A stretch of DNA of 64,000 nt from a virus: the IMG/VR virus record IMGVR_UViG_3300010413_000004, positions 32,001-96,000 of that record; one strand, given 5' to 3'. How positions within the stretch are numbered: the stretch's first letter is position 1; each line of letters starts with the position of its first letter. The translations under genes and the position numbers were made by a program. The notes under the pieces are model-generated. The model had not been told where the DNA came from and made no database searches. It saw nothing but the letters and a program-made list of their open reading frames with translations. Positions 1 to 9,520 of the stretch are shown here, one piece after another.

Positions 1-45
1 TTTTTTGTATCTGATGTTTATTTTTGGTAATTTACAAGTACCACA

Positions 46-53
46 AATAAATA
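46..53 (+). promoter_or_regulatory. T4-like late promoter (AATAAATA)
   Basis: Near-match to the T4 late consensus TATAAATA, upstream of the GGAG RBS and ATG at 83. Confidence 0.6.
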
Positions 54-82
54 GAAGTAAAGGTATGAATTTGGAGAATAAA

Positions 83-718
83 ATGTCCCAACAGTTATTG
101 GTTGAAGAATTAAATCCAGTAGAAAGTAACATTATCACTGAATCAAGTGGTGATGGAAAAAGCATGTGGATGAATGGCGTCTGCATGCAGAGTTCCATGA
201 AGAACCGTAACGGCCGTAACTATCCCCTTCACGAGATTACTGCAGCTGTTAACTATGCTAACAAGATAATCAAAGAAAATAATGGTATCTTTGGTGAATT
301 GGATCATCCTCAAACTTTGACTATCAACAGTGATCGTATTTCTCATGTCATTACAGAAATGTGGATGGATGGAAATAACGCGTATGGTAAAGCAAAGTTG
401 CTGAATACACCAAACGGTCTTATCGCCCAGGAATTGCTTAAGAGTGGCGTAAAGATTGGTGTTTCAAGTCGTGGTTCTGGTCAGGTCAATGAGAGTGGCG
501 AGGTTAGTGGTTTTAACTTTATTACTTACGACATCGTTATTACACCAAGTGCACCATCAGCATATCCTAACGTTATGTACGAGTCGCTTGAAGCTGCAAA
601 GAATGGCCAGAAGATTTTGACTTTAGCAGAAGCTGTTAGAGAAGACGTGGATGCTCAAAAGTATTTCAAAAAAGAAATAATGAAGTGGTTAGAAACGGGC
701 ATTTTTGCGAAACGTTAA
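83..718 (+). CDS. Prohead core protease (T4 gp21-like)
   Basis: Motifs NRNGRNYP, GELDHP, GVSSRGSG and DIVITPSAPSAY; start reassigned to ATG 83 after the GGAG RBS; precedes scaffold and capsid genes. Confidence 0.95.
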   Translation: MSQQLLVEELNPVESNIITESSGDGKSMWMNGVCMQSSMKNRNGRNYPLHEITAAVNYANKIIKENNGIFGELDHPQTLTINSDRISHVITEMWMDGNNAYGKAKLLNTPNGLIAQELLKSGVKIGVSSRGSGQVNESGEVSGFNFITYDIVITPSAPSAYPNVMYESLEAAKNGQKILTLAEAVREDVDAQKYFKKEIMKWLETGIFAKR

Positions 719-737
719 ACTAAACTTCTAAAAACTT

Positions 738-770
738 AAAAAACAACTGATACATAACCAGTTGTTTTTT
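738..770. terminator. 12-bp perfect inverted repeat, probable terminator
   Basis: AAAAAACAACTG-N9-CAGTTGTTTTTT after the protease stop codon. Confidence 0.55.
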
Positions 771-821
771 AACGAATTTTTTTCCACTCGTGGGAAAATC
801 GTACACAAAAACTACACTAAT

Positions 822-829
822 TATAAATA
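822..829 (+). promoter_or_regulatory. T4-like late promoter TATAAATA
   Basis: Exact consensus, 40 nt upstream of the scaffold gene. Confidence 0.85.
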
Positions 830-869
830 GTTACAACAAAAATTCTAAACATTTTTTTAGGAGAAACTG

Positions 870-1847
870 ATGAATGAATTGCTGCAGAAGCTTCTAGAAG
901 CAGAATTGCTTTCTGAAGACACCAAGACTGAGCTTGAAACTGCTGCCCAAACAATGTTAGACGAAGCAATCGAGGCTGCTAGAACGGAAGAATCTGCAGC
1001 GGTTCGTGCTGAACTAACTGAACAGTGGGTAACTGAGCGTGACGCACTTATTGAAGCTATCGACGCTCAAGTAACAGAGTTTCTTGAAGGTGAACTTAAT
1101 GAGCTTAAAGAAGACATCGAGAGTTTTCGCGACATTGAAGCAGAATATGCTGAGCGTTTGGTCGAAGAAAAATCCAACATGTCTGCTGAGCTTCGTACTA
1201 ATCTTACCGATCTCGTCGAAAAGATTGATGCGTTCCTTGAAATTCGCTTAACCAACGAACTTGATGAGCTTCGCGAAGACATCGAAGAAACACGTAAGAA
1301 TGAATTTGGTCGTAAGATCTACGAAGCATTCGAAAAAGAATTTGCATCAGCTTACGCTGATGAAGAAAGCGCAGAAGTTTCCCTTCGTGAAACCGAACAG
1401 CGGCTTTCAGATGTTGCTGCTGCTCTTGAAGAATCCGAGCGTAAGCGTGCTGATCTTGAGCGCAGCATCAAAATGGAAAAAGTTCTATCTCCTCTTTCTG
1501 GTCGCCAGAAAGAAGTTATGGAAGCAATTCTTCGCAATGTTGATACAGATGCGTTGGAAGAAGGATACAAGACCTTCATTGGTCGCGTAATACGTGAAAC
1601 TGACAAAGACTCAGAGAAGGAAAGTGGAGTACTTGCTGAGGGTGCAGAAGACGAAGACGAAGATGACGATGAAGACGAAGATGAGAAAGAGTCTAAGAAG
1701 TCTAAGAAGAACAAAGACGACAAAGATTCTGACAAAATCAAAGAAGGCGCAATCGTCACCGGTGATACGGAACAAGTTATCGTAGAGGACGCAGATGAGG
1801 CTGAATTGCAGCGTCGTGCATACCTCAAGAAGCTTGCAGGTATCTAA
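870..1847 (+). CDS. Prohead core scaffold protein (gp22-like)
   Basis: Very acidic coiled-coil protein between protease and capsid genes; GRKIYEAF motif; C-terminal LKKLAGI. Confidence 0.88.
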   Translation: MNELLQKLLEAELLSEDTKTELETAAQTMLDEAIEAARTEESAAVRAELTEQWVTERDALIEAIDAQVTEFLEGELNELKEDIESFRDIEAEYAERLVEEKSNMSAELRTNLTDLVEKIDAFLEIRLTNELDELREDIEETRKNEFGRKIYEAFEKEFASAYADEESAEVSLRETEQRLSDVAAALEESERKRADLERSIKMEKVLSPLSGRQKEVMEAILRNVDTDALEEGYKTFIGRVIRETDKDSEKESGVLAEGAEDEDEDDDEDEDEKESKKSKKNKDDKDSDKIKEGAIVTGDTEQVIVEDADEAELQRRAYLKKLAGI

Positions 1848-1880
1848 AAACCACTTTAACACTTTTTTGGAGAAATCAAA

Positions 1881-3350
1881 ATGAACGAGATTTTTGAGAA
1901 TTGGTCGGAAACTAAAACGACTTTACTTGAGGGTCTTTCTGCAGACAAACAAGCGATCATCGATCCGCTTCTTGAAAACCAGAAGTCCCACATGCTGCAT
2001 GAGACAGCTGCTGCTGGCTCTACTTCAGCACACGATATTGCGGGCTTCCGTAAAATCATGATTCCAATGATTCGTCGTATTATTCCTGGTACGATTGCAA
2101 CTGAGCTTGTTGGTGTTCAACCAATGTCCGGACCTGTTGGTCTAGCTTACACGCTACGTTACCGTTACGCCGAATCTGTAGCTGGTACATCTGCTGCTAA
2201 CCCACTTGGTCTTCCAGGTGCAATTACAGCTGGTGACGAGGTATTTGGTAACGGTGCTGGTTCTTCCGGTACTCCTATCCGTCAGTGGTACTCTTCTGCT
2301 GCAGGTAACGGTACAGGTTCTCCTGCTATCGATTCAGCTGCACAGGTAGCTGGTGCTTCTGGTCTTGCTGATGCTGCTTCTGGCGTTGCTGGTATCGACG
2401 GTACTCTAGCAAGCGGTTCTGCTTGGCCTTCAAGCCTCAATGCTGCTAACACCTCTGCATTTGGTCCTTACACCGACGCTCTTGGTCAACAAGTTGCTGG
2501 TTCACTTTACGGTGGTTCTGGTTCATACATCGAAGGTTCTGGTGGTCGTAAATTGACGCTTGACGTCGTAAGCCAGTCCGTCGAAGCTGGTAGCCGTAAG
2601 CTACAAGCTGGTTGGACCATCGAAGCTATGCAGGATCTAAACTCCCAGCATGGTCTAGACCTTGAGTCCGAAATGACTCGTGCACTTTCTGCTGAGATTG
2701 TTCAGGAAATCGACCAAGAGATCATCACCGATCTTATGGCTCTTGCTGGTACAGTTGATGCATTTGATGGTGCTGGTGCTGGTACATATGGCTTCAGCGG
2801 CAACTATGCTCCTGCATACGTTGGTGACCGTCTAGCTAACTTGGGTGTTGTTATCAACCGTGTTGCTAACGAAATCGCTCGCAAGACCCGTCGTGGTGCT
2901 GGTAACTACATTGTTGTTTCACCAATGGTTGTTTCTGTTCTTCAGTCTGCTGCTAAGTCTGTCTTTGCACCAGCTGTTGAAGGTTCCTTCAAAGGTCCTA
3001 ACAACACAATGTTGGTTGGTACTCTAAATGGTACAATCAAAGTCTACAGCTACCTATGGAACCAGGCTGGTTCTGGTATTAGCCTTGGCGCAACTCCAGC
3101 AGCTGCTGTTGACGACACAATCCTAGTTGGATACAAGGGTGGAAACGGTGAAACTGACTCCGGCTACTTCTACTGCCCATACATCCCACTAATGTCTTCT
3201 GGCGTTGTTGTTAATCCAGTTACCTTCCAGCCTGTCACTTCACTGATGACTCGTTACGGTAAGGCTGTGTTCACCAACACCGAAACATCTCTTGGTAACT
3301 CCGCTGACTACTACGGTAAGATCAACGTTGTTAACCTTGACCTTCTGTAA
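1881..3350 (+). CDS. Major capsid protein (gp23-like)
   Basis: ELVGVQPMSGPVGL, SRKLQAGWTIEAMQDL, TRRGAGN, FYCPYIPL and TRYG motifs; strongly biased codon use. Confidence 0.97.
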   Translation: MNEIFENWSETKTTLLEGLSADKQAIIDPLLENQKSHMLHETAAAGSTSAHDIAGFRKIMIPMIRRIIPGTIATELVGVQPMSGPVGLAYTLRYRYAESVAGTSAANPLGLPGAITAGDEVFGNGAGSSGTPIRQWYSSAAGNGTGSPAIDSAAQVAGASGLADAASGVAGIDGTLASGSAWPSSLNAANTSAFGPYTDALGQQVAGSLYGGSGSYIEGSGGRKLTLDVVSQSVEAGSRKLQAGWTIEAMQDLNSQHGLDLESEMTRALSAEIVQEIDQEIITDLMALAGTVDAFDGAGAGTYGFSGNYAPAYVGDRLANLGVVINRVANEIARKTRRGAGNYIVVSPMVVSVLQSAAKSVFAPAVEGSFKGPNNTMLVGTLNGTIKVYSYLWNQAGSGISLGATPAAAVDDTILVGYKGGNGETDSGYFYCPYIPLMSSGVVVNPVTFQPVTSLMTRYGKAVFTNTETSLGNSADYYGKINVVNLDLL

Positions 3351-3368
3351 TAGGAAGGAAAGCAACAC

Positions 3369-3396
3369 AAAAAACCCCGCTTCGGCGGGGTTTTTT
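3369..3396 (+). terminator. Rho-independent terminator with C(UUCG)G loop
   Basis: AAAAAACCCCGC-TTCG-GCGGGGTTTTTT after the capsid gene. Confidence 0.95.
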
Positions 3397-3470
3397 ATTA
3401 TCATTAAAAAGTTTTCCTGTGTACGAATTTGTAGTAAAATGTGAGTTTGGATTGCATTTGGAATTACAAA

Positions 3471-3788
3471 ATGAATATTGACAACATTATCGTTGCAGGC
3501 CTAGTTGAAGGTTTAACAGAAAATGCGTTAGGAATTGATCCAACTGAAAATACGATCAACGTAAGTAAATATCGTGCCGAAGAATTGGAATGGTTCTTAC
3601 CACGAATTCTCGTTGAAGTTGGAATGTTTAAAACAACTAGCGAAATTCGTCGTATTCATGATCAACGTAAGAAAAGCTCAAAGATAATCGATCCTCTTTC
3701 TAAGAGTATTTGGAGAACGATCGATTCTTGTGAAGCTACATCTTTTAAAATTGGCAAAAAAGTATTCTGGTTATTTGTAACCAAATAA
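3471..3788 (+). CDS. Small protein with S4-like RNA-binding motif (resembles TyrRS C-terminal domain)
   Basis: LPRILVEVGMFKTTSEIRR...FKIGKK pattern. Confidence 0.5.
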   Translation: MNIDNIIVAGLVEGLTENALGIDPTENTINVSKYRAEELEWFLPRILVEVGMFKTTSEIRRIHDQRKKSSKIIDPLSKSIWRTIDSCEATSFKIGKKVFWLFVTK

Positions 3789-3816
3789 TAAATAAAAAGG
3801 GTTACAAGGAAAAATA

Positions 3817-4152
3817 GTGGACGCGTTAACTTTTAAACAATATCTTAATTTATCAAAAGAACAGTTGCATCTTGCTGCTAAGCAAGTCCCAAAGCAAGTG
3901 GTTGAGTATTCTGTACGTAAGTATTGCAAGATCCCTTTAGGTGAGAGCAAAGAAACGAAAGAATACGTCAATCTTAAACCATCTAATATCATTCGTGTTG
4001 AATGGTTGTATGAAGATCTGGATAATCCAACACCGGTCCGCATTATACTTGCAGGTACAGATGATCCTACTCAATATTCTACCTTCTGGCAAGGGTCAAA
4101 GTTATTACAATGGCTTAACAGGAATACCCGCACTCTAAAAGCAAAACACTAG
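3817..4152 (+). CDS. Hypothetical late protein
   Basis: AATAAATA at 3787-3794; AAGGA RBS; GTG start; N-terminal LTFKQYL motif. Confidence 0.7.
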   Translation: MDALTFKQYLNLSKEQLHLAAKQVPKQVVEYSVRKYCKIPLGESKETKEYVNLKPSNIIRVEWLYEDLDNPTPVRIILAGTDDPTQYSTFWQGSKLLQWLNRNTRTLKAKH

Positions 4153-4178
4153 AAAAGGCCGCAAAAGCGGCCTTTTCT
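4151..4178. terminator. Bidirectional terminator
   Basis: AGAAAAGGCCGC-AAAA-GCGGCCTTTTCT. Confidence 0.9.
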
Positions 4179-4188
4179 TCGTGCCTCA

Positions 4189-4196
4189 CATAAATA
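4189..4196 (+). promoter_or_regulatory. Late promoter CATAAATA
   Basis: Directly after the terminator and upstream of the neck gene AGGAG RBS. Confidence 0.75.
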
Positions 4197-4225
4197 CCCC
4201 CATACGTGAATAGGAGTATGTACGC

Positions 4226-7200
4226 ATGGGTGATTTTGATACCTTTTCTGACACCGCTTACCAATTAAAGGCCGAAGGCGAAAAGATAACGCTAACTTTC
4301 AAAAAAGGCGTTCCGACATCTAATCAAGGTACCATAGAATGGAATATTCCAACACCAGTTGAAGGGTGTTCGGATGCTAATGGCGTGTACAGTGGAATGG
4401 TAATACTGTTAAGTACCACTCCTCTTGATGCTCCAAATATTCCAATTGACGGTGTAGTGTATCAAGCCGACCCTACTGCCAATACCGACCTCCACACAGG
4501 AGATAAAATTGGTGGGAACGCATTGGTTGTTGGTGCAATTTATGAATGTGACAAGAAAGGTAGAGGAGAAACACTGACTACAACCTTAGTGATTTCTGAT
4601 CTACAAAGCGACACTCCTTATTACATCGGTGGCTACGCAACTGATTGTCAATTCAGATACCACTCTGATGGTATTCGAGCATATTCAGATGAATATGGGA
4701 AAGCTGATACGCCCGACCACCCATCTACGCAGAACATTTCAATAGGTGCGAATAATACTAATTGCATAACTCCGACAGATGGTACAGGTCTCGTTGCTGG
4801 CAATCAGTATTCTTTTGATGTTATTGTTGACCTAACATATCCTAATAAGACAAATGTTAAGACGTCTCAGATCAATATCAATGGTATTGATGCTGGAACA
4901 TATCAGCAACTTGTTGATCAAATAAACAAACAACTGAAGTTGGTTGACAATCCACCTCAGTCTCCAATTGCGCCAAATACTGGCGCACTATATTGGAACG
5001 CAACAACTAACAAATTATATGAGTATGATGGAACAACTCATAACGAATTATCAGTAATTGTTGAAGCAACTGATCCATCGATCATCACTGCTGGGGAATA
5101 CTGGTACAATCCTTTAACAGCAATTTTAAAAATACGAGGATCTTCTCCACTAACGTGGTTAGATGTTGAGTACTCAAACGTATCGTATGACCCAATAGCT
5201 CCCGTAGATAATGCGTATTGGTTCGATGGAACGACCGCTAGAATGTGGAATGGTGTTTCTTGGTGTGATCAGACTACATTAACAACTACAACAGATCCAG
5301 ACACATCCTGTCCAACACCATCAGCTGGAATGTTTTGGTATGATGAAACGTTAAGTATTCTCAAACGTTGGAGCGTATATGACCAACAGTGGGTATCATC
5401 TGCAGCTGTATCGTGGCCTGAAGCACCAAATCAACTTTCGCTTGGAACATATTGGTTTGATCTGAATACGAACAAACTATTTGTATTGGATATTGGTTCT
5501 GTTTGGTCTGATTTGTCTAGCTCAACATTTGTTCAAACAGTAGAGCCAATAACTCCAGCAGATCAAGATTTGTGGTTCAATCCAACAACAGAAGACCTAC
5601 ACCAATATAATAGTGCAACGCAGCTGTGGACACTATTGAATGTTTTGGTTTGGCCTGGTGATCCATCAGACGTTTCTTCGTGTGAAGTGTGGTGGAAAAC
5701 TACTGACAATACTCTATATTTGTGGGACAAAGTTAACTCTGAGTGGGATTTGGTAACGAATTTTACCATCTCACTTGCTGATCCATTATTACCTCAGCCC
5801 CTTGCAATAAACACAATTTGGTATAATCCAACTACCAAAGTCATGAACAGATATGATGGTAGTAGTTGGGTAGTTATCGAAGAGTATATTGCAAAATCAT
5901 CAGATCCAACTCTTGTTGTTACAGGAGATGTTTGGCACGATCTTACTACATCTACGTGGAAGCAATGGGGTATTCCAACTGCTAGTCAGTGGAATACATT
6001 TGATCCTGTTGATGCAAACATAGATCCAACAACTCTTCCATCTGGTACATATTGGTACAATACAACTGCCAATGTATTGAACGTAAGAAATGGCATTTCG
6101 TGGATTGTCGCCTACTATTCGGTTGCTCCGTATACTCCAAGCAGAGGTACGCTGTGGTTTGATACCTCAAACGATGAACTATATGAATGGTCAGGGACAA
6201 CTTGGGAAGTTTCACAACCATTTGCACGCGCTTATTTCTATAACTGTGGAATAACATTTGAATCTGCGCAACGTGGAAGTAGTACATTGTTGATCATTCC
6301 ATCGACTACAGTAACATCAGACTATCCAACAAGAACAATACCGTACGCACAATACTTGTGGGATCAAGTGTCACCAACCTCAGAAGTATTGTGGCCAAAA
6401 GAAGGATACGATGGTCAGTCGGGTGTTCCTTCGTATATGGAACTGGGAGTTGGTGATGATGGTACGCCTGATGAACGGCGTAAAATCATGGATGATATTC
6501 GTTATCAGCTTGGTTATCCAACCGTCGACGTTGAACTGACGCCTGTACAATTGGAAATCGCAGTACAGAAGGCCTTAGAAGCTTTCCGTAAGAGAAGTTC
6601 GTCTGCTTATAAACGAGGATTTTTCTTCCTAGACGTCAAACCATATGAACAGTCATATAAATTAACAAACAGACGAATTGGATATCACAAGATTGTTGAT
6701 ATCTCGGGTGCATTTAGATTCACTGCTGCTTTCTTGTCAACTGTTCATGGTAGTGGCGTATATGGTCAAGTTGTTCTTCAACATTTGTATAATATGGGCA
6801 CATACGACTTAACTAGCTTCCATCTCGTTTCACAATATGTTGAACAACTAGAGCATTTGTTTGCTACCAGATTGGTGTACAACTGGGACGAAACTGATCG
6901 AACGTTGAGTTTCTATCAATCGTTTGGCGTTGAAGAACGAGTATTGCTTGATTGTTCTGTGGAAAGAACAGAACAAGATCTAATGTCGGACAGATTTGCT
7001 AAGACGTGGATCAAAAGATATGCACTAGCCGAAGCTATGGTAATCTTAGCACAGGTACGTGGTAAGTATGGTTCGTTGCCTGGAGCTGGAGGAGGAATAT
7101 CATTGAACTCTTCAGACCTATTGGCCACTGCAGATGCTTATAAGGCAGAGTTGTTCGAACAACTCGAAGATTATGTTACCCAAAATCCTGAAGACTATGG

Positions 7201-7228
7201 CATGGGTAGTACATTCATAATTGGTTAA
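4226..7228 (+). CDS. Neck protein (gp13-like C-terminal domain) fused to a long N-terminal Trp-rich repeat region
   Basis: C-terminal IRYQLGYPTVDVELTPVQLEIAVQKAL...WIKRYALAEA...GKYGSLPG is typical of gp13; about 11 W-[YF]-[DN]-x-T-T-type repeats upstream. Confidence 0.85.
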   Translation: MGDFDTFSDTAYQLKAEGEKITLTFKKGVPTSNQGTIEWNIPTPVEGCSDANGVYSGMVILLSTTPLDAPNIPIDGVVYQADPTANTDLHTGDKIGGNALVVGAIYECDKKGRGETLTTTLVISDLQSDTPYYIGGYATDCQFRYHSDGIRAYSDEYGKADTPDHPSTQNISIGANNTNCITPTDGTGLVAGNQYSFDVIVDLTYPNKTNVKTSQININGIDAGTYQQLVDQINKQLKLVDNPPQSPIAPNTGALYWNATTNKLYEYDGTTHNELSVIVEATDPSIITAGEYWYNPLTAILKIRGSSPLTWLDVEYSNVSYDPIAPVDNAYWFDGTTARMWNGVSWCDQTTLTTTTDPDTSCPTPSAGMFWYDETLSILKRWSVYDQQWVSSAAVSWPEAPNQLSLGTYWFDLNTNKLFVLDIGSVWSDLSSSTFVQTVEPITPADQDLWFNPTTEDLHQYNSATQLWTLLNVLVWPGDPSDVSSCEVWWKTTDNTLYLWDKVNSEWDLVTNFTISLADPLLPQPLAINTIWYNPTTKVMNRYDGSSWVVIEEYIAKSSDPTLVVTGDVWHDLTTSTWKQWGIPTASQWNTFDPVDANIDPTTLPSGTYWYNTTANVLNVRNGISWIVAYYSVAPYTPSRGTLWFDTSNDELYEWSGTTWEVSQPFARAYFYNCGITFESAQRGSSTLLIIPSTTVTSDYPTRTIPYAQYLWDQVSPTSEVLWPKEGYDGQSGVPSYMELGVGDDGTPDERRKIMDDIRYQLGYPTVDVELTPVQLEIAVQKALEAFRKRSSSAYKRGFFFLDVKPYEQSYKLTNRRIGYHKIVDISGAFRFTAAFLSTVHGSGVYGQVVLQHLYNMGTYDLTSFHLVSQYVEQLEHLFATRLVYNWDETDRTLSFYQSFGVEERVLLDCSVERTEQDLMSDRFAKTWIKRYALAEAMVILAQVRGKYGSLPGAGGGISLNSSDLLATADAYKAELFEQLEDYVTQNPEDYGMGSTFIIG

Positions 7229-7241
7229 TCGATTGCGATTA

Positions 7242-7249
7242 GATAAATA
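7242..7249 (+). promoter_or_regulatory. Late promoter GATAAATA
   Basis: Intergenic, upstream of an AAGGA RBS. Confidence 0.7.
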
Positions 7250-7281
7250 CGTTAACAGTAAACAAATATAAGGAAAACAAA

Positions 7282-7827
7282 ATGTCGCTACTTAAACAAC
7301 TACTCGAAGACATGAACATCCGAGACATGATGAGCATGGATAGTGGTGAAACACCTGACGATTCTATGGAACCTGATCGGGGGACAGAACCTCAAGAGGG
7401 AGAGAATGAATACGATGAATCGACACATGATGGTCTCGTTAAATTCTTTACTGACCATGAATATCCTAGTGACGAAGAAGTTCACCAACTAGCATCTGAT
7501 ATGGGTCTTGAGCCAGATGAGCTCGAAGAGCAAATTTATGCATTGTTGCATGCAGTACTCAAGGGGGTAGGAAAGCACAATGGTGTTCCTGATGAGGATT
7601 TTGACCCTGAGCAGCTTGCACGTGGCATTCAGGTTGAGCGTGAACATACAAATAATGATTGGGTCGCAAAGATGATTGCTAAAGATCACCTATCAGAGAT
7701 TCCTAACTATTACACATTATTGGATCAAATGGAGCAAGGTGCTGGTGTGGGGGATTCAGACGAAGGGTCTGACGATACCGATTCAGATGAAAGAGAATTT
7801 ACATTCACATCCCAGGGAATTGAATAA
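7282..7827 (+). CDS. Acidic protein with DUF5661-like domain, possibly an internal head protein
   Basis: QLARGIQVEREHT...AKMIAKDHLSEIPNYYTLLDQME motif; N-terminal LLKQLLE. Confidence 0.7.
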   Translation: MSLLKQLLEDMNIRDMMSMDSGETPDDSMEPDRGTEPQEGENEYDESTHDGLVKFFTDHEYPSDEEVHQLASDMGLEPDELEEQIYALLHAVLKGVGKHNGVPDEDFDPEQLARGIQVEREHTNNDWVAKMIAKDHLSEIPNYYTLLDQMEQGAGVGDSDEGSDDTDSDEREFTFTSQGIE

Positions 7828-9509
7828 TGTCAAGAGACTGCAATAGCGTAACATCAGGATGTACTGGCACAGTTGGACCCGACTATTCTTCTGGACAGTC
7901 GGACTCGCAGTGTCAACAGCAGCCTAATGGAAACTATTGTCCGTCCCCAGGAACTCAAAAACGCTGCAGCTCATTCGATTTAAGCAAAAGTAGAGACTCG
8001 TGTTATATTGATTCTCTTTCAAATGAAATTGTCGAAATCGCTGGAGCAGAGTTCAATGTTTATAAATTGCTTGGTGTTCATGAGCAAGGGCAATTAGTTG
8101 ATGTTACGGGCCACGGATTACCGATATCAAATGGTGATTGGCCAAACTTCCCTGCATCCAATGCATATGACATTTACATTTCTGAGTGGCGATCAATTCA
8201 GTGTGGTTCTGCTGTGCTGGCATCTGCTTATCTTGGATATGATTTTGGTGAAATTAAGACAAATGATGGGAGTCGTAGAGCATATGGGGTAGATACGAGT
8301 ATCTACAAACACATCACGTCAATTGCAATCAAGCAATCATCTAACCCACTCCGTCGAGCAACAAAGATTCGTATTGAACGATCCGAAGATGGGAGTCGTT
8401 GGTTGGGTGTAGCAGTTATAGACTTGCCAGACGATGATTGTTTGACGACTGCATTCTTTAAATCTTCAGTTCCCTCGAGATACTGGAGACTTCGTCCATT
8501 GGAATTTAATGGAACAACGGCAGATGAAAATTGGGGAGTTCAAGCACTTCAATTGTTTCATGATTATCAAGCAACTGATATACATAATATTCAAGATAAG
8601 GTCCTATTAGAAAATAAGGATCGTGATTATAACACTGATCCAATCATGATCAAAGGGTCGTATGATCTTGTTGATGTTCCTATGGAACTAACACAATTTG
8701 GCGGCGAATTTCCAGCTCAAACAATATATGCACAGATAGGGTTTTCTTCGTGTGTTGCAGCACTTGGTCGTCCAGTTATTATTGGTGATATTGTTGAACT
8801 TCCTAGCGAGACTCAATATACGCCAAATATGGTTCCCGTCAAGAAATGGATGGAGGTTACTGATGTTGCTTGGAGTACAGAAGGATATACACCAGGATGG
8901 CAACCAACGCTAATGCGTGTAATACTACAGCCTGCTTACTTTACACAAGAAACACAGGATGTGTTTGGTGATCTTGCTTCAACAGAAGTTGAAGGTGGAA
9001 TTGGTCTAGTTGACGGAGAAGATGGAAACAGTTCAATCTTCCAAGATTACTTTGATTCATCACAGACAGTTAAGGCTGAAGCGAAAGATGCTGTTCCTGA
9101 GCGGGGCGCTGCTGGGTCAAACACCATTCGAGAATTCGAAGAAACAGAAATTCAACAAGCAGCAGCTGCAGGCGTTCCCAATATTGATAAGCTTGGCCTC
9201 AACCCAACAGGTTTATATGTGGAAGATGCAATGCCACCCAATAATGCTCCATATACGGAAGGCAGTGAATTTCCACCATCTCCATCACATGGAGATTACC
9301 ACAGAATGACGTACGAGGGGTTGTCTGAAGACGTTCCTGCTCGATTATATCGATATTCATCTTCGAAAGGCCGTTGGATCTTCTTAGAGAAGGATAAGCG
9401 AGCTGAAATGAACCATAACAAGCCAGTACTTCAAGAATTTACAACATCTGCATATGCTGTAGATGAAAATCAAATAACTTCAGCCTATCGCGATAGACTT
9501 GATGATTAA
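7827..9509 (+). CDS. Neck/head-closure protein (gp14-like) with inserted discoidin (F5/8C)-like domain
   Basis: Position between gp13 and gp15; LLENKDRDY and GRPVIIGDIVELP motifs; insert with IERSEDGSRW...SRYWRLRP; Cys-rich N-terminus. Confidence 0.7.
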   Translation: MSRDCNSVTSGCTGTVGPDYSSGQSDSQCQQQPNGNYCPSPGTQKRCSSFDLSKSRDSCYIDSLSNEIVEIAGAEFNVYKLLGVHEQGQLVDVTGHGLPISNGDWPNFPASNAYDIYISEWRSIQCGSAVLASAYLGYDFGEIKTNDGSRRAYGVDTSIYKHITSIAIKQSSNPLRRATKIRIERSEDGSRWLGVAVIDLPDDDCLTTAFFKSSVPSRYWRLRPLEFNGTTADENWGVQALQLFHDYQATDIHNIQDKVLLENKDRDYNTDPIMIKGSYDLVDVPMELTQFGGEFPAQTIYAQIGFSSCVAALGRPVIIGDIVELPSETQYTPNMVPVKKWMEVTDVAWSTEGYTPGWQPTLMRVILQPAYFTQETQDVFGDLASTEVEGGIGLVDGEDGNSSIFQDYFDSSQTVKAEAKDAVPERGAAGSNTIREFEETEIQQAAAAGVPNIDKLGLNPTGLYVEDAMPPNNAPYTEGSEFPPSPSHGDYHRMTYEGLSEDVPARLYRYSSSKGRWIFLEKDKRAEMNHNKPVLQEFTTSAYAVDENQITSAYRDRLDD

Positions 9510-9520
9510 GAGAGGATTTA

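Noticed and set aside
5-82. Longer N-termini given by the ORF track (also 35019, 40647, 44133, 52106, 58863, 61457)
   Set aside because: The extensions run through promoters, terminators or neighbouring genes; downstream ATGs fit the RBS/promoter context better
1645-1735. GAAGAC/GATGAC-type short repeats
   Set aside because: They simply encode the poly-Asp/Glu and Lys tract of the scaffold protein; not a DNA repeat element
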